Positions 40,054 to 48,806 of a stretch of 64,000 nucleotides of DNA are shown in pieces (position 1 is the stretch's first letter; each line of letters begins with the position of its first letter). The notes beneath the pieces are model-generated. The model searched no databases and was not told the DNA's origin. It was given only the letters and a program-made list of their open reading frames with translations. Position numbers and translations under genes: made by a program. This DNA is from an uncultured Nitrososphaerota archaeon (GTDB lineage: Archaea; Thermoproteota; Nitrososphaeria; Nitrososphaerales; CADDZS01), in the NCBI GenBank assembly GCA_963799845.1, contig CAWCYI010000001.1, positions 1 to 64,000 of the forward strand, given 5' to 3'.

Positions 40054-41235
40054 ATGGAGACGAAAATAAGCCTGGAACCCTCGCAGAGATCAAGAAGATT
40101 GGGCCTATCGGGGATCAGAGAGATTTTTGAAAAGGCACAAAAAATTCCGGATGTAATCAGGCTGGAATTCGGAGAGCCTGATTTTGACACCCCGGAGAAT
40201 ATCAAATCTGCCGCAATTAGAGCAATTAACTCCGGTAAGACAAAATATACTTCCAGCGCCGGATTACCTGAATTACGAAACGCCATATCTTCAAAACTCG
40301 CAAGGGAAAACGGGGTACCCTATGATCCGACGAAGGAAGTCGTGGTGACCGCTGGCGCAACTTCAGCGATTAACTTGGCATTCCTCTCCACGGTCGATGT
40401 TGGAGATGAGATTCTCCTGCCCGATCCGGGCTGGGCCACCTACGCCCATGCAGTAAGTGTGGTTGGTGCGATTCCCGTGCCATACCCACTGCACGAATCT
40501 ACCGGCTACTCATTTGAACGGGACAGCGCGGAAAGATTGGTGACCCCCATGACCAGGGCAATATTGATCAATACTCCAAGCAATCCGACGGGCTCGATTC
40601 TTTCTCGAAAAAATCTGAAGGAGATCGCCGAATTTGCTATCGAGCACAATTTGTTCGTGTTTTCGGATGAGGTTTACGAAAAATTCCTTTATGACGACGG
40701 TGGCGCAGTAAAAAATGAGCACGTGAGCGTCGCTAGTCTTTCGGAAATGAAAGAGCGGACCGTCACGATAAACGCGTTCTCGAAGACTTATGCGATGACC
40801 GGCTGGAGAATAGGGTACGCGGCAGCGCCTGAACCGATTTCCGCTGCAATGACGAAAATTAATGCTGCGCAGAGTTCGTGCGTCTCGACAATAGCCCAGT
40901 TCGCAGCTCTCGAAGCCCTGACGGGTCCTCAGGATTCAGTCGGCAGGATGATTTCGGCTTTTGCGAAAAGGAGAGAAGTCCTCGTTAAGGGATTGAACGA
41001 ATTTTCCGGGTTTAAGTGCCCCATGCCGCGGGGTGCTTTTTACGCATTCCCGAATGTAAAGGGCACTGGGATGAATTCCTATTCGCTCACGATGAAGATA
41101 GTGAATCAGGCTCACGTGGCGGTGGTACCCGGTTCTTCATTCGGTAAGCAGGGAGAAGGTTATCTTCGACTTGCCTATGCAAACTCCGTCGAAAACATTC
41201 ATGAAGCGCTCTCTAGGATTCGAAAAGTCCTGTAG
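40054..41235 (+). CDS. Class I PLP aminotransferase (aspartate aminotransferase-like)
   Basis: GEPDFDTP, NTPSNPTG, SDEVYE, FSKTYAMTGWRIG. Confidence 0.93.
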   Translation: METKISLEPSQRSRRLGLSGIREIFEKAQKIPDVIRLEFGEPDFDTPENIKSAAIRAINSGKTKYTSSAGLPELRNAISSKLARENGVPYDPTKEVVVTAGATSAINLAFLSTVDVGDEILLPDPGWATYAHAVSVVGAIPVPYPLHESTGYSFERDSAERLVTPMTRAILINTPSNPTGSILSRKNLKEIAEFAIEHNLFVFSDEVYEKFLYDDGGAVKNEHVSVASLSEMKERTVTINAFSKTYAMTGWRIGYAAAPEPISAAMTKINAAQSSCVSTIAQFAALEALTGPQDSVGRMISAFAKRREVLVKGLNEFSGFKCPMPRGAFYAFPNVKGTGMNSYSLTMKIVNQAHVAVVPGSSFGKQGEGYLRLAYANSVENIHEALSRIRKVL

Positions 41236-41239
41236 AGAT

Positions 41240-42337
41240 TTACAGCTCTTCCCTCTGCTCCTGCAGGCTCGCTGGAATTTTCGCGAAAACATCTTCAAAC
41301 ATCGTTTCGACTGCGGGAGGAGGTACTTTCTCGGCTTTGGAAATGCCCTCGCTCACAGACGACTCTAATTGCCTTCTCAGCTTCGTCTCCTCCAATTCGG
41401 ACCAGGCTGAGCGATTTTCCAGATAAAGTCTCAACCTGATCAAGGGATCTTTTTTCCTCCACTCTTCGACCTCCTCGTTTGACCTGTACTTTTTCCAGTC
41501 GTCGGAGGTGGAATGTGCTCCCAACCGGTACGTGACGCACTCCAAAAGCGTTGGGCCGCCACCCCGTCTTGCTTTATCGACGGCGTCCTTGGTCGCAGCA
41601 TAAACTGCGAGAAAATCGTTTCCATCAACCCGGACTCCCCCGAACCCGTACACCTCGGCCTTTATCGCGATGCTTTCTGACGCCGTCTGGTTTGTTACTG
41701 GAACTGATATCGCGTACTGATTGTTCTCGCAGAGGAAGACGCTCTGGGCTTTGAACACCCCGGCAAAGTTCATGCTAACGTGAAACTCACCCGAGGAAGA
41801 CGCACCGTCGCCGAACGTGGAAAGCGTGACGGAGTCATCGTGACGGTACTTCGCGGCGATCGCAAATCCCACGGCGAGCTGCAGGTGGCTTGCAATCGGG
41901 GCGGCAAGGGAGAATATCCGGTATTTCTTCCAGCCATAAGCGTTTGGCAGGTCTCTTCCAAGTGATTCGTCCTCGGCGTTCCCAAATAACCTGTCGAGCA
42001 GGCTATCCATCGGGACCCCCCTCTGGATCATGATTCCCAAGTCTCGGTACATCGGAAACACCCAGTCCGAATCTTTTAGGGCAGCCATGCTTCCCACTTG
42101 ACACGCTTCCTGACCGGAGCACGAAACGTATGTCCCCATTCGCCCCTGCCTCTGGAGGGAGATCATCTTTTCATCGAGGATCCGAGTCAAAACCATATTT
42201 TTGTAAGCTGAAACGATCTGGTCATCATCCAGAAGAGGATTCTGCGAAGATACCAGAACGCCATCCGGTTTCAAAATTTGTAGAAAACTGGCAGAACTAT
42301 CTCCTTTTTTCAGAGGATGAAATCCGGACTGCGACAA
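41240..42337 (-). CDS. pdhA: 2-oxoacid (pyruvate / branched-chain) dehydrogenase E1 alpha
   Basis: LQRQGRMG, YRD, GDGASS..NNQYAIS TPP motif, TYRLGAHSTSDD. Confidence 0.92.
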   Translation of the reverse strand: MSQSGFHPLKKGDSSASFLQILKPDGVLVSSQNPLLDDDQIVSAYKNMVLTRILDEKMISLQRQGRMGTYVSCSGQEACQVGSMAALKDSDWVFPMYRDLGIMIQRGVPMDSLLDRLFGNAEDESLGRDLPNAYGWKKYRIFSLAAPIASHLQLAVGFAIAAKYRHDDSVTLSTFGDGASSSGEFHVSMNFAGVFKAQSVFLCENNQYAISVPVTNQTASESIAIKAEVYGFGGVRVDGNDFLAVYAATKDAVDKARRGGGPTLLECVTYRLGAHSTSDDWKKYRSNEEVEEWRKKDPLIRLRLYLENRSAWSELEETKLRRQLESSVSEGISKAEKVPPPAVETMFEDVFAKIPASLQEQREEL

Positions 42338-42343
42338 TCTAGG

Positions 42344-43687
42344 CTAGCTCCCGACAGCCCTTGTTACGCGAACGTCCTTTATCATCATCGCGGGAGCAAG
42401 TGTCGGGGTGCTCACTTCCCACCACTTTATCCATTCTCGATCCTTTGAGATCATCTCAATGTTCGACAGCTGTCTCGGAACCGAATCGCTCAGTCTGAAA
42501 CCGCTAACCGGTTCTTTGATCTCTCCACCCCGTATTCGAAATGCCGCGTCTCTAGGGACGGTAGAGTAATCTCCCGTTCGCATGTTCTGGTACCTGGTAT
42601 ACCAGTTGTTGGTTACGAGCAAACCGTCTTCAGTTTCGCGAATCATTTCGTCCAAGGAGATGTTGCCTCCACCGAAAATTATCGTCACAGGTCTCGGGGC
42701 GATTATCCCGGCGTTTCCGGTAGATCTATCCTTCCCGAACTTTTTGGCCGTCGAGGAGTTGTGAAGCATCGTTTGGAATGTTCCGTTTGAAATGATGTGG
42801 TTTGTGCCCGTCGGAAGACCTTCGTCATCGAAAACTCGTCCGCCTAGTCCAGGGTCGAAGACACCCTCATCGTCAATATTGAGCTGGTCAACCGCAACCT
42901 TCTGCCCGAGCTTATCGGCCAGGAACGAATTTCCGGATTCGATAGCAAAGGCCGAGGCCGAGCTAGCGACGGGCATGATGTTAGCAACGACCGTCGGTGT
43001 GAAAATGACCTTGTAGAGACCCTCCGAGACTGGACCCGAATTGATAGACTTTCCTGCGTATTCTCCAGCCCTCCTTCCAGCTCTATCGGGATGAAATTCG
43101 GACAGATATGAAGAACAGGAGAGCCCGTGACCGGACGAGTTATCGTCGGCAAATGCCCTAATATTTAGGAGGATCTGCGACTGCTTGTCCGAACCGTTAA
43201 CCCCTCCTGAAGTGAGGATGTAAAGGTCTGTCGTATCGGAGTTGAGCGATCCACTCGCGCGGACGGCTCCCGCATCCAGTGCACTATCTATTGCTTCTTT
43301 CGTAAATTCTACGATAGGCGCGTCCTCAACCTTGGAATCAAAATTCGCGTGAGTCCTGTAGCTGAAGGGCCCGCGCGGGAGCTGAACATAATCATCGCTT
43401 TCCGGAAGAGCTCGGCAGGAGCGCACGAGGTTTCCGACGAACCGCTCTATTCCGCGACCGGTCGGGTTGTATGAAGAACCGACGATCCTCTTCTTTGCGA
43501 GCGCGAGATAAACGTCGAGAGTGATATTCCGGACGCTATTCACGAGAGTTATCGAGTTGTTGGCAAAGCGCACCTGATTTTCGTTTGACACTGCACAGAG
43601 AACGGAAACGTCCTGGCAGCCGAGTTTGAGAGCTTCGTCCAGCGCGAGCCTGGCAACTTCCTGCTGGCTGATCTGCTCTGACATCAT
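42344..43687 (-). CDS. tldE: TldE/PmbA family protein
   Basis: QVRFANN, FDDEG, STGNAG, NNWYTRYQ; ATGA overlap with tldD. Confidence 0.88.
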   Translation of the reverse strand: MMSEQISQQEVARLALDEALKLGCQDVSVLCAVSNENQVRFANNSITLVNSVRNITLDVYLALAKKRIVGSSYNPTGRGIERFVGNLVRSCRALPESDDYVQLPRGPFSYRTHANFDSKVEDAPIVEFTKEAIDSALDAGAVRASGSLNSDTTDLYILTSGGVNGSDKQSQILLNIRAFADDNSSGHGLSCSSYLSEFHPDRAGRRAGEYAGKSINSGPVSEGLYKVIFTPTVVANIMPVASSASAFAIESGNSFLADKLGQKVAVDQLNIDDEGVFDPGLGGRVFDDEGLPTGTNHIISNGTFQTMLHNSSTAKKFGKDRSTGNAGIIAPRPVTIIFGGGNISLDEMIRETEDGLLVTNNWYTRYQNMRTGDYSTVPRDAAFRIRGGEIKEPVSGFRLSDSVPRQLSNIEMISKDREWIKWWEVSTPTLAPAMMIKDVRVTRAVGS

Positions 43688-45132
43688 CTCGTCCCGACTC
43701 TCACGTTCTTCAGTCGAATGTGCGGAGCGCCGAAGAAGACTGGAGCTCCCTGCATCGGGTCGCCCTTCCCGCAGGTCCCGCACGTATACTGGAGGTCGTT
43801 TGCCCTCGCGTCTATGCTCCCCCAGTACTTCGGCGTCGTAATTTCAAGGACGGGATCTTTGATCGCATCCTTCAGGGTACCGTTCTCGATCAAGTAAGCC
43901 TCCAGCCCGACGTACCTCTGGTTCAGCCGCTTGTCGTCGATGTTCCACTCCATGAAACTCTTGATGTAGACTCCCCGCTTCGTATCCTTCAGCATCTCTT
44001 CAAATGTCCAATCGCCCGGTTCGATGAACGTGTTAGCCATTCGAATGATGGGCTCGCGGTCAAACTGAACGGCCCTCGAAGATCCGTTGCTCTTGACCTT
44101 GAAGACTTCGGCTGTTGCTCTATTCTGCAAAAATTCGGTAAACTTTCCAGCTGTGATCAGTCTGCGCTTTCCTGCCTTCACACCCTCGTCATCGTAAAGG
44201 TAGAATCCCATAGAGTTCGGAATCGTGGGATCGTCAGAGACATACGCTTCTTCGCTGCCGATCTCCATCCCGAGTTTGTCCGGTTTCAGAAACGATTCAC
44301 CCGCCTGGGCACCTTCTCGCCCCAAAATTCTGTCAGCCTCTCCGGGATGACCGCAGGACTCATGGCTGGTCAAGCCAGCAACGTTCGGACCCAAGATTAT
44401 GCTCAGCGTCTCGTCCTTTGGAGGTTTAGCGCTGGCCTTTACGCCATTCGTGATCTCCTTCAATTGGGAAGGGACAAATTCATTGAGGTTCAGTCTGTCG
44501 ATTATCTCCCAGCCGCCGGTGCCCCCGACTCCTGAATAACCGGGAGGAACAGAAATGGTCGAAGGCTTGCCTTCATACAGACCCGTGAGCAGACAGAGAT
44601 ATCCGACCCGGGGAACTCTGCTCCTGAGCTTCGACCCATCGGAATTCTCGTAGTACTTTTCGTCAGTGGAGTAGAAAATAATCAGGTTCCGGTTGGGGAA
44701 GGACACGCCAGCGACCGATTGGGGAATGGAACGATCGATATCTTTCAAAAACAAGATCATGAATTCCGCAGAAACGTCTTCGAGCTTCTCTTTCTCCTCA
44801 ACTGACCAGTTGGCTTCGTTGCTCTTCTCAGATGAAAAGCGGATCTTTTCCTTCGTTATCGAGGAAGCGACCTTCGCGTTTTTCACCATCCTATCGACGA
44901 GATCTGCAACTGACTGTTTGGAAACTAGATTCGTTGCCCCGAACGCAAGAGCTCCGTTGAAAAGTATTCTCACTCCAATGCCTTCCGCATCAGAAACGGC
45001 AGCTGGCTCGGCCTCTCCGTTTCGTACAAAACAGGTCAGGTCTGTGGTTCGCTGAAACCGGGCTTCAGAGTACTCGCAATTTTTTTGCCGTGCCAGATCG
45101 ACGGCATACGAAACTAATTCGTCAGCCAACAA
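43684..45132 (-). CDS. tldD: TldD family metalloprotease
   Basis: HESCGH.EADR, YDDEG, RMANT, CGKGDP.Q. Confidence 0.92.
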   Translation of the reverse strand: MLADELVSYAVDLARQKNCEYSEARFQRTTDLTCFVRNGEAEPAAVSDAEGIGVRILFNGALAFGATNLVSKQSVADLVDRMVKNAKVASSITKEKIRFSSEKSNEANWSVEEKEKLEDVSAEFMILFLKDIDRSIPQSVAGVSFPNRNLIIFYSTDEKYYENSDGSKLRSRVPRVGYLCLLTGLYEGKPSTISVPPGYSGVGGTGGWEIIDRLNLNEFVPSQLKEITNGVKASAKPPKDETLSIILGPNVAGLTSHESCGHPGEADRILGREGAQAGESFLKPDKLGMEIGSEEAYVSDDPTIPNSMGFYLYDDEGVKAGKRRLITAGKFTEFLQNRATAEVFKVKSNGSSRAVQFDREPIIRMANTFIEPGDWTFEEMLKDTKRGVYIKSFMEWNIDDKRLNQRYVGLEAYLIENGTLKDAIKDPVLEITTPKYWGSIDARANDLQYTCGTCGKGDPMQGAPVFFGAPHIRLKNVRVGTR

Positions 45133-45249
45133 ATCAACTGAAGCTAGCTCGGCTAATTCTCTATTTCTTAGTTTCCCTGAAGCAGACCGGACAAAAAACC
45201 TGATGTGAAACTACAAACTTATCTGCCGTCTTTCAAACTCAATGGCTCG

Positions 45250-45570
45250 ATGTTCACCCGGATCTGCAAGGTCTCAGAGATTCAGGAGGGCGAACTTTAC
45301 AGATTCGATGTAAGGGACAAAGCCCTGCTTGTCGTTCGGTTTCAGGGAAGTTTTTTCGTCACTGACTCGACCTGCACTCATGAGGAAGCCGATCTATCGC
45401 TTGGAATGTTTAGCGGTGGCGTGGTGAGCTGCCCCCTTCATCGAGCAAGGTTTGACGTGGAGACCGGCGACGTGATAGCGGGTCCCGATGGTGGGCCGCC
45501 AACGGTGATATCGAAGCTAAAGACGTATTCTACAAGAATTGAGGGCGGCGAACTCTTGGCCGACCTATAG
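45250..45570 (+). CDS. Rieske [2Fe-2S] ferredoxin
   Basis: CTHEEADL..CPLH..RFD..TG. Confidence 0.92.
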   Translation: MFTRICKVSEIQEGELYRFDVRDKALLVVRFQGSFFVTDSTCTHEEADLSLGMFSGGVVSCPLHRARFDVETGDVIAGPDGGPPTVISKLKTYSTRIEGGELLADL

Positions 45571-45618
45571 CAATCTGACAGAATACTTGAAATCTCGCGG
45601 GAACATTTTGTATCCATC

Positions 45619-46773
45619 GTGCAATCCGAAGCAGCAAAAAACGAGGATGATGTTCCCGCTGTCTCTCTTGTAGATATCTTCTTCAAGGCAAAGGAGCTCG
45701 AGCGCAAGGGCTTTGATATAATCCACTTTGACGCGGGGGAGCCGGATTTTGATCCCCCGGAAGAGGTCGTTGACGCAACTGTTAGGGCGCTGAAGGAAGG
45801 TCACGGTAGGTACACTGAATCCGGAGGGATATCTAGGGCCAGAAAAGCGGTTGCCGAAAGTCTCAACAAGAAATACCATCGAGACATCAATCCGAACCAG
45901 GTCTTGGTGACAGCCGGCGGAAGGCTGGCGCTCTACTACGCATTCCTCAGCTTGCCGGGAAACTCGAAGGTCGGAATCCTGTCGCCGGACTGGCCCGCCT
46001 ACAGGGACATCTCGAACTTCCTCTCCCTGCCGATCCAATTTTTCAGATCTACGCTGGAGAAGGGGTGGGAGGTCGACCTCGACGAAATCAGGAGGAGCGA
46101 TTGCAGCGCGATCGTCTTGAACTATCCCAATAATCCGACGGGGAAAATTCTGGATCAAAAAACCTTCGAGGAGTTAGTTCAGATTGCAAATGACAAGGAA
46201 ATGACTATCATAAGCGATGAGGTTTACTCTGATTATGTTTTGGATCCTTCGAAGAGATTCAAGAGCATTCTCCAAATGCCCGATACGAAGAGCGTCTTCG
46301 TCACTTCGCTATCCAAGAGCTACGCGATGACTGGATTTAGAGCAGCATACATCGTTTCAGACCTGGCGACAATTTCTCGGCTGATCAGAATCAACAGCAT
46401 GATCATAACAAGCATGCCGGAGTTTGTCCAATACGGCCTGATCACCGCCCTGAAGTGCGACGATTATGTGCGGGATAAGGTGGCGTTGATTCGAAGGCGG
46501 CGAGACGTTGCCGCTGTAGCCTTGAAGAAATATCTGGATGCAGAGTTCTATCTCAGCGACGGTTCGATGTACATGTTCCCTAGGCTGCACTCGAAAAAAG
46601 GCAGCTTCAACTCGGAGAAATTTGCCCTCCAGTTGCTTGAATCGCAGTCAGTTTCGGTCACTCCGGGTACTTCGTTCGGAAGTCCATTCCTTGACCACAT
46701 CAGGATAACTCTTCTTCAAAGCGAAGCAAGGATAGAAGAGGGTATAGAAAGAATGTCGAGACTTCTGAATTAG
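45619..46773 (+). CDS. Class I PLP aminotransferase
   Basis: AGEPDF, NYPNNPTG, SDEVY, LSKSYAMTGFR. Confidence 0.92.
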   Translation: MQSEAAKNEDDVPAVSLVDIFFKAKELERKGFDIIHFDAGEPDFDPPEEVVDATVRALKEGHGRYTESGGISRARKAVAESLNKKYHRDINPNQVLVTAGGRLALYYAFLSLPGNSKVGILSPDWPAYRDISNFLSLPIQFFRSTLEKGWEVDLDEIRRSDCSAIVLNYPNNPTGKILDQKTFEELVQIANDKEMTIISDEVYSDYVLDPSKRFKSILQMPDTKSVFVTSLSKSYAMTGFRAAYIVSDLATISRLIRINSMIITSMPEFVQYGLITALKCDDYVRDKVALIRRRRDVAAVALKKYLDAEFYLSDGSMYMFPRLHSKKGSFNSEKFALQLLESQSVSVTPGTSFGSPFLDHIRITLLQSEARIEEGIERMSRLLN

Positions 46774-46791
46774 TGCTTAGCTCCGTCAGCA

Positions 46792-47334
46792 GTGTTTTAT
46801 TTGATCAGGCAGAGACGCGATTCAAAGTCAGAATATGCTGAAACGAAGGGGAGAATCGACTTTACCGATCCAATCATTGTTTATTTTGACGGGCTGTGCG
46901 AACCTAAGAATCCAGGCGGAGTCGCAACTTATGGCGTTGTCGTAAAGAACGAGGGAAAGACGATTTTCGAAGGCTCTGGCCTCGCGTACGCGAAACCATG
47001 GACTGACGAAGCTTCAAACAACGTTGCAGAGTATTCCGCCCTCATACATGCTCTAGAATGGCTCAGGAAAAATGAGATGCAGGCTTCGCCCATAATCGTA
47101 CGCGGAGATTCCCGTCTCATAATCAATCAAATGAAGGGGGTCTTCAAGGTCAAAGCCAGAAGAATACTCGAACTCCACCAGCAAGCGTCGAAATTGCTTT
47201 CGGAGTTCAAAAATCTTCATTTGGAATGGGTGGACAGATCACGAAACGCGGAAGCCGACAGATTGAGCAGATTCGCGTATCACAAGTTCAAGAAAAAGTC
47301 TGCACCGTCATGGCGTGAAGCTAACTCCTTTTAA
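46792..47334 (+). CDS. rnhA: Ribonuclease HI
   Basis: YFDGLCEPKNPG, SNNVAEY, RGDSRL, WVDRSRN.EAD. Confidence 0.92.
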   Translation: MFYLIRQRRDSKSEYAETKGRIDFTDPIIVYFDGLCEPKNPGGVATYGVVVKNEGKTIFEGSGLAYAKPWTDEASNNVAEYSALIHALEWLRKNEMQASPIIVRGDSRLIINQMKGVFKVKARRILELHQQASKLLSEFKNLHLEWVDRSRNAEADRLSRFAYHKFKKKSAPSWREANSF

Positions 47335-47383
47335 GAAACGAAGTGAATTTCTGTCCAAACACTCCATCGGAGTGTGCTAACAT

Positions 47384-47854
47384 TTGTCAATCGAAGACCC
47401 ACAGCTGCTAATACGAAGAATCAAGGAAGGTACTGTAATTGATCATATCAGGGCCGGCGAAGCGCTGCGAGTCCTGCAGATTCTTGGGATAAACGGCAAG
47501 GAGGGGGAGATTGTCAGCGTAGCTATGAATGTCCCAAGCTCGAAGATCAACAAGAAGGACGTGGTCAAGGTGGCAAACAGATTCTTGAAGAGCGAGGAGA
47601 CGGACAAGCTCGCTCTTGTCGCGCCGCAGGCAACCGTGAACTTGATAAAAAACTACAAAGTTTCAGAAAAGCGAAAGGTCGAACTTCCGCTAGTGTTCAG
47701 GGGATTGCTGAGATGCCCGAATCCGACGTGCGTTTCGAACATGCCCCACGAACCCATAGTCTCGACCATCGACGTCATCGACAAGGATATGCCCCTACTG
47801 AAGTGTCGATTTTGCCAGCGTCTAATTACCGCGAGCGACACGGTTCTGGTCTAG
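47384..47854 (+). CDS. pyrI: Aspartate carbamoyltransferase regulatory subunit
   Basis: GTVIDHI, KKDVVK, CPNPTCVSN, CRFC. Confidence 0.96.
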   Translation: MSIEDPQLLIRRIKEGTVIDHIRAGEALRVLQILGINGKEGEIVSVAMNVPSSKINKKDVVKVANRFLKSEETDKLALVAPQATVNLIKNYKVSEKRKVELPLVFRGLLRCPNPTCVSNMPHEPIVSTIDVIDKDMPLLKCRFCQRLITASDTVLV

Positions 47855-47873
47855 CAGAGGTTTGTGATCCTCT

Positions 47874-48110
47874 TTGGGATGGAAAAAGTCGACAAGAAAT
47901 CAAGCTCTCTTGTTGATTCTCGTCGTTGTCCCGATCTTGATGTTTGGTTTAGGCGTTAGTGGATTCCTCGTCGCGCGAGCGGTCGGGTTTGGTGACAATT
48001 CTATCTGGATAGCGCTCGTACTATCCACAATCGGTTTCGCCCTGTCAATCGTAATAACCCTAAGAGTCGGCAGAAGATACGAAAACCTGCCAGCTCAGCA
48101 GAAAAATTGA
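47874..48110 (+). CDS. Small 2-TM membrane protein (possibly AtpZ / ATPase-gene-1-like)
   Basis: 78 aa, two TM helices, convergent with atpK. Confidence 0.6.
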   Translation: MGWKKSTRNQALLLILVVVPILMFGLGVSGFLVARAVGFGDNSIWIALVLSTIGFALSIVITLRVGRRYENLPAQQKN

Positions 48111-48152
48111 TCCAGTTTCCTGCTCATCGAGCAGAAACGTGGCTAGTTGAGC

Positions 48153-48497
48153 CTACAGCGACGTGAGAATGAAGACAATGACGAAACCGTAGATCGCGAT
48201 TCCTTCTCCGAGAACCACGATAACCAGCGCTCTTCCGAAGAGGTTGGGTTTCTCCGCAATTGCTGCGATTGCCGCCGAACCAGCGTAACCGACTGCGACT
48301 CCGGCGCCGAGCGCGGCGAGTCCGAATGCAATACCAGCGCCAAGAACACTTTCAGGATTTGCAGAAAGAGCGGTCGAACTGAAAAGATGAGCTACTAATC
48401 CTACGCTGGTATAAGCGTGGGCAGGCAGAGTCAACACGGAAAATAAAGCGTAACCGACGGCAAAACTGGAAATCATTAGAACAGCACTACTTCGCAA
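48153..48497 (-). CDS. atpK: A-type ATP synthase subunit K (c, proteolipid)
   Basis: GAGIAFGLAALGAG, AEKP, GEGIAIYG; N-terminal signal-like extension. Confidence 0.93.
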   Translation of the reverse strand: MRSSAVLMISSFAVGYALFSVLTLPAHAYTSVGLVAHLFSSTALSANPESVLGAGIAFGLAALGAGVAVGYAGSAAIAAIAEKPNLFGRALVIVVLGEGIAIYGFVIVFILTSL

Positions 48498-48806
48498 AGC
48501 GTATCAAAAATCACTCCATCCATACTGATTATAAAAGTATTGGGAGAAGCTCTTCGATCTGAAACTATACAGCCTAAAAATTCTGTAGATGTTATGTAAA
48601 CTGGGAGTACCTCGGCGATTTCTAGGGCCCAATAATTTCAGGCTGATTTGCAAAGTACAATTTACTAAACTCGAAAAATTATTTTGAAATTTGCTTGATC
48701 TAGATCTTTCGATCTCGTGGATTACCGAAATCGTTAATACCCGTTGGCTGAGCCTAAATTTTCTCGGTAAAATCTTTCAGAATTTTTTGTTGGGTGCTTT
48801 TCATCT

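Noticed and set aside
43720-44535. 271-aa ORF antisense to tldD, and similar long shadow ORFs (e.g. 28009-28713, 45565-46158)
   Set aside because: They fully overlap well-supported genes and have no recognisable motifs
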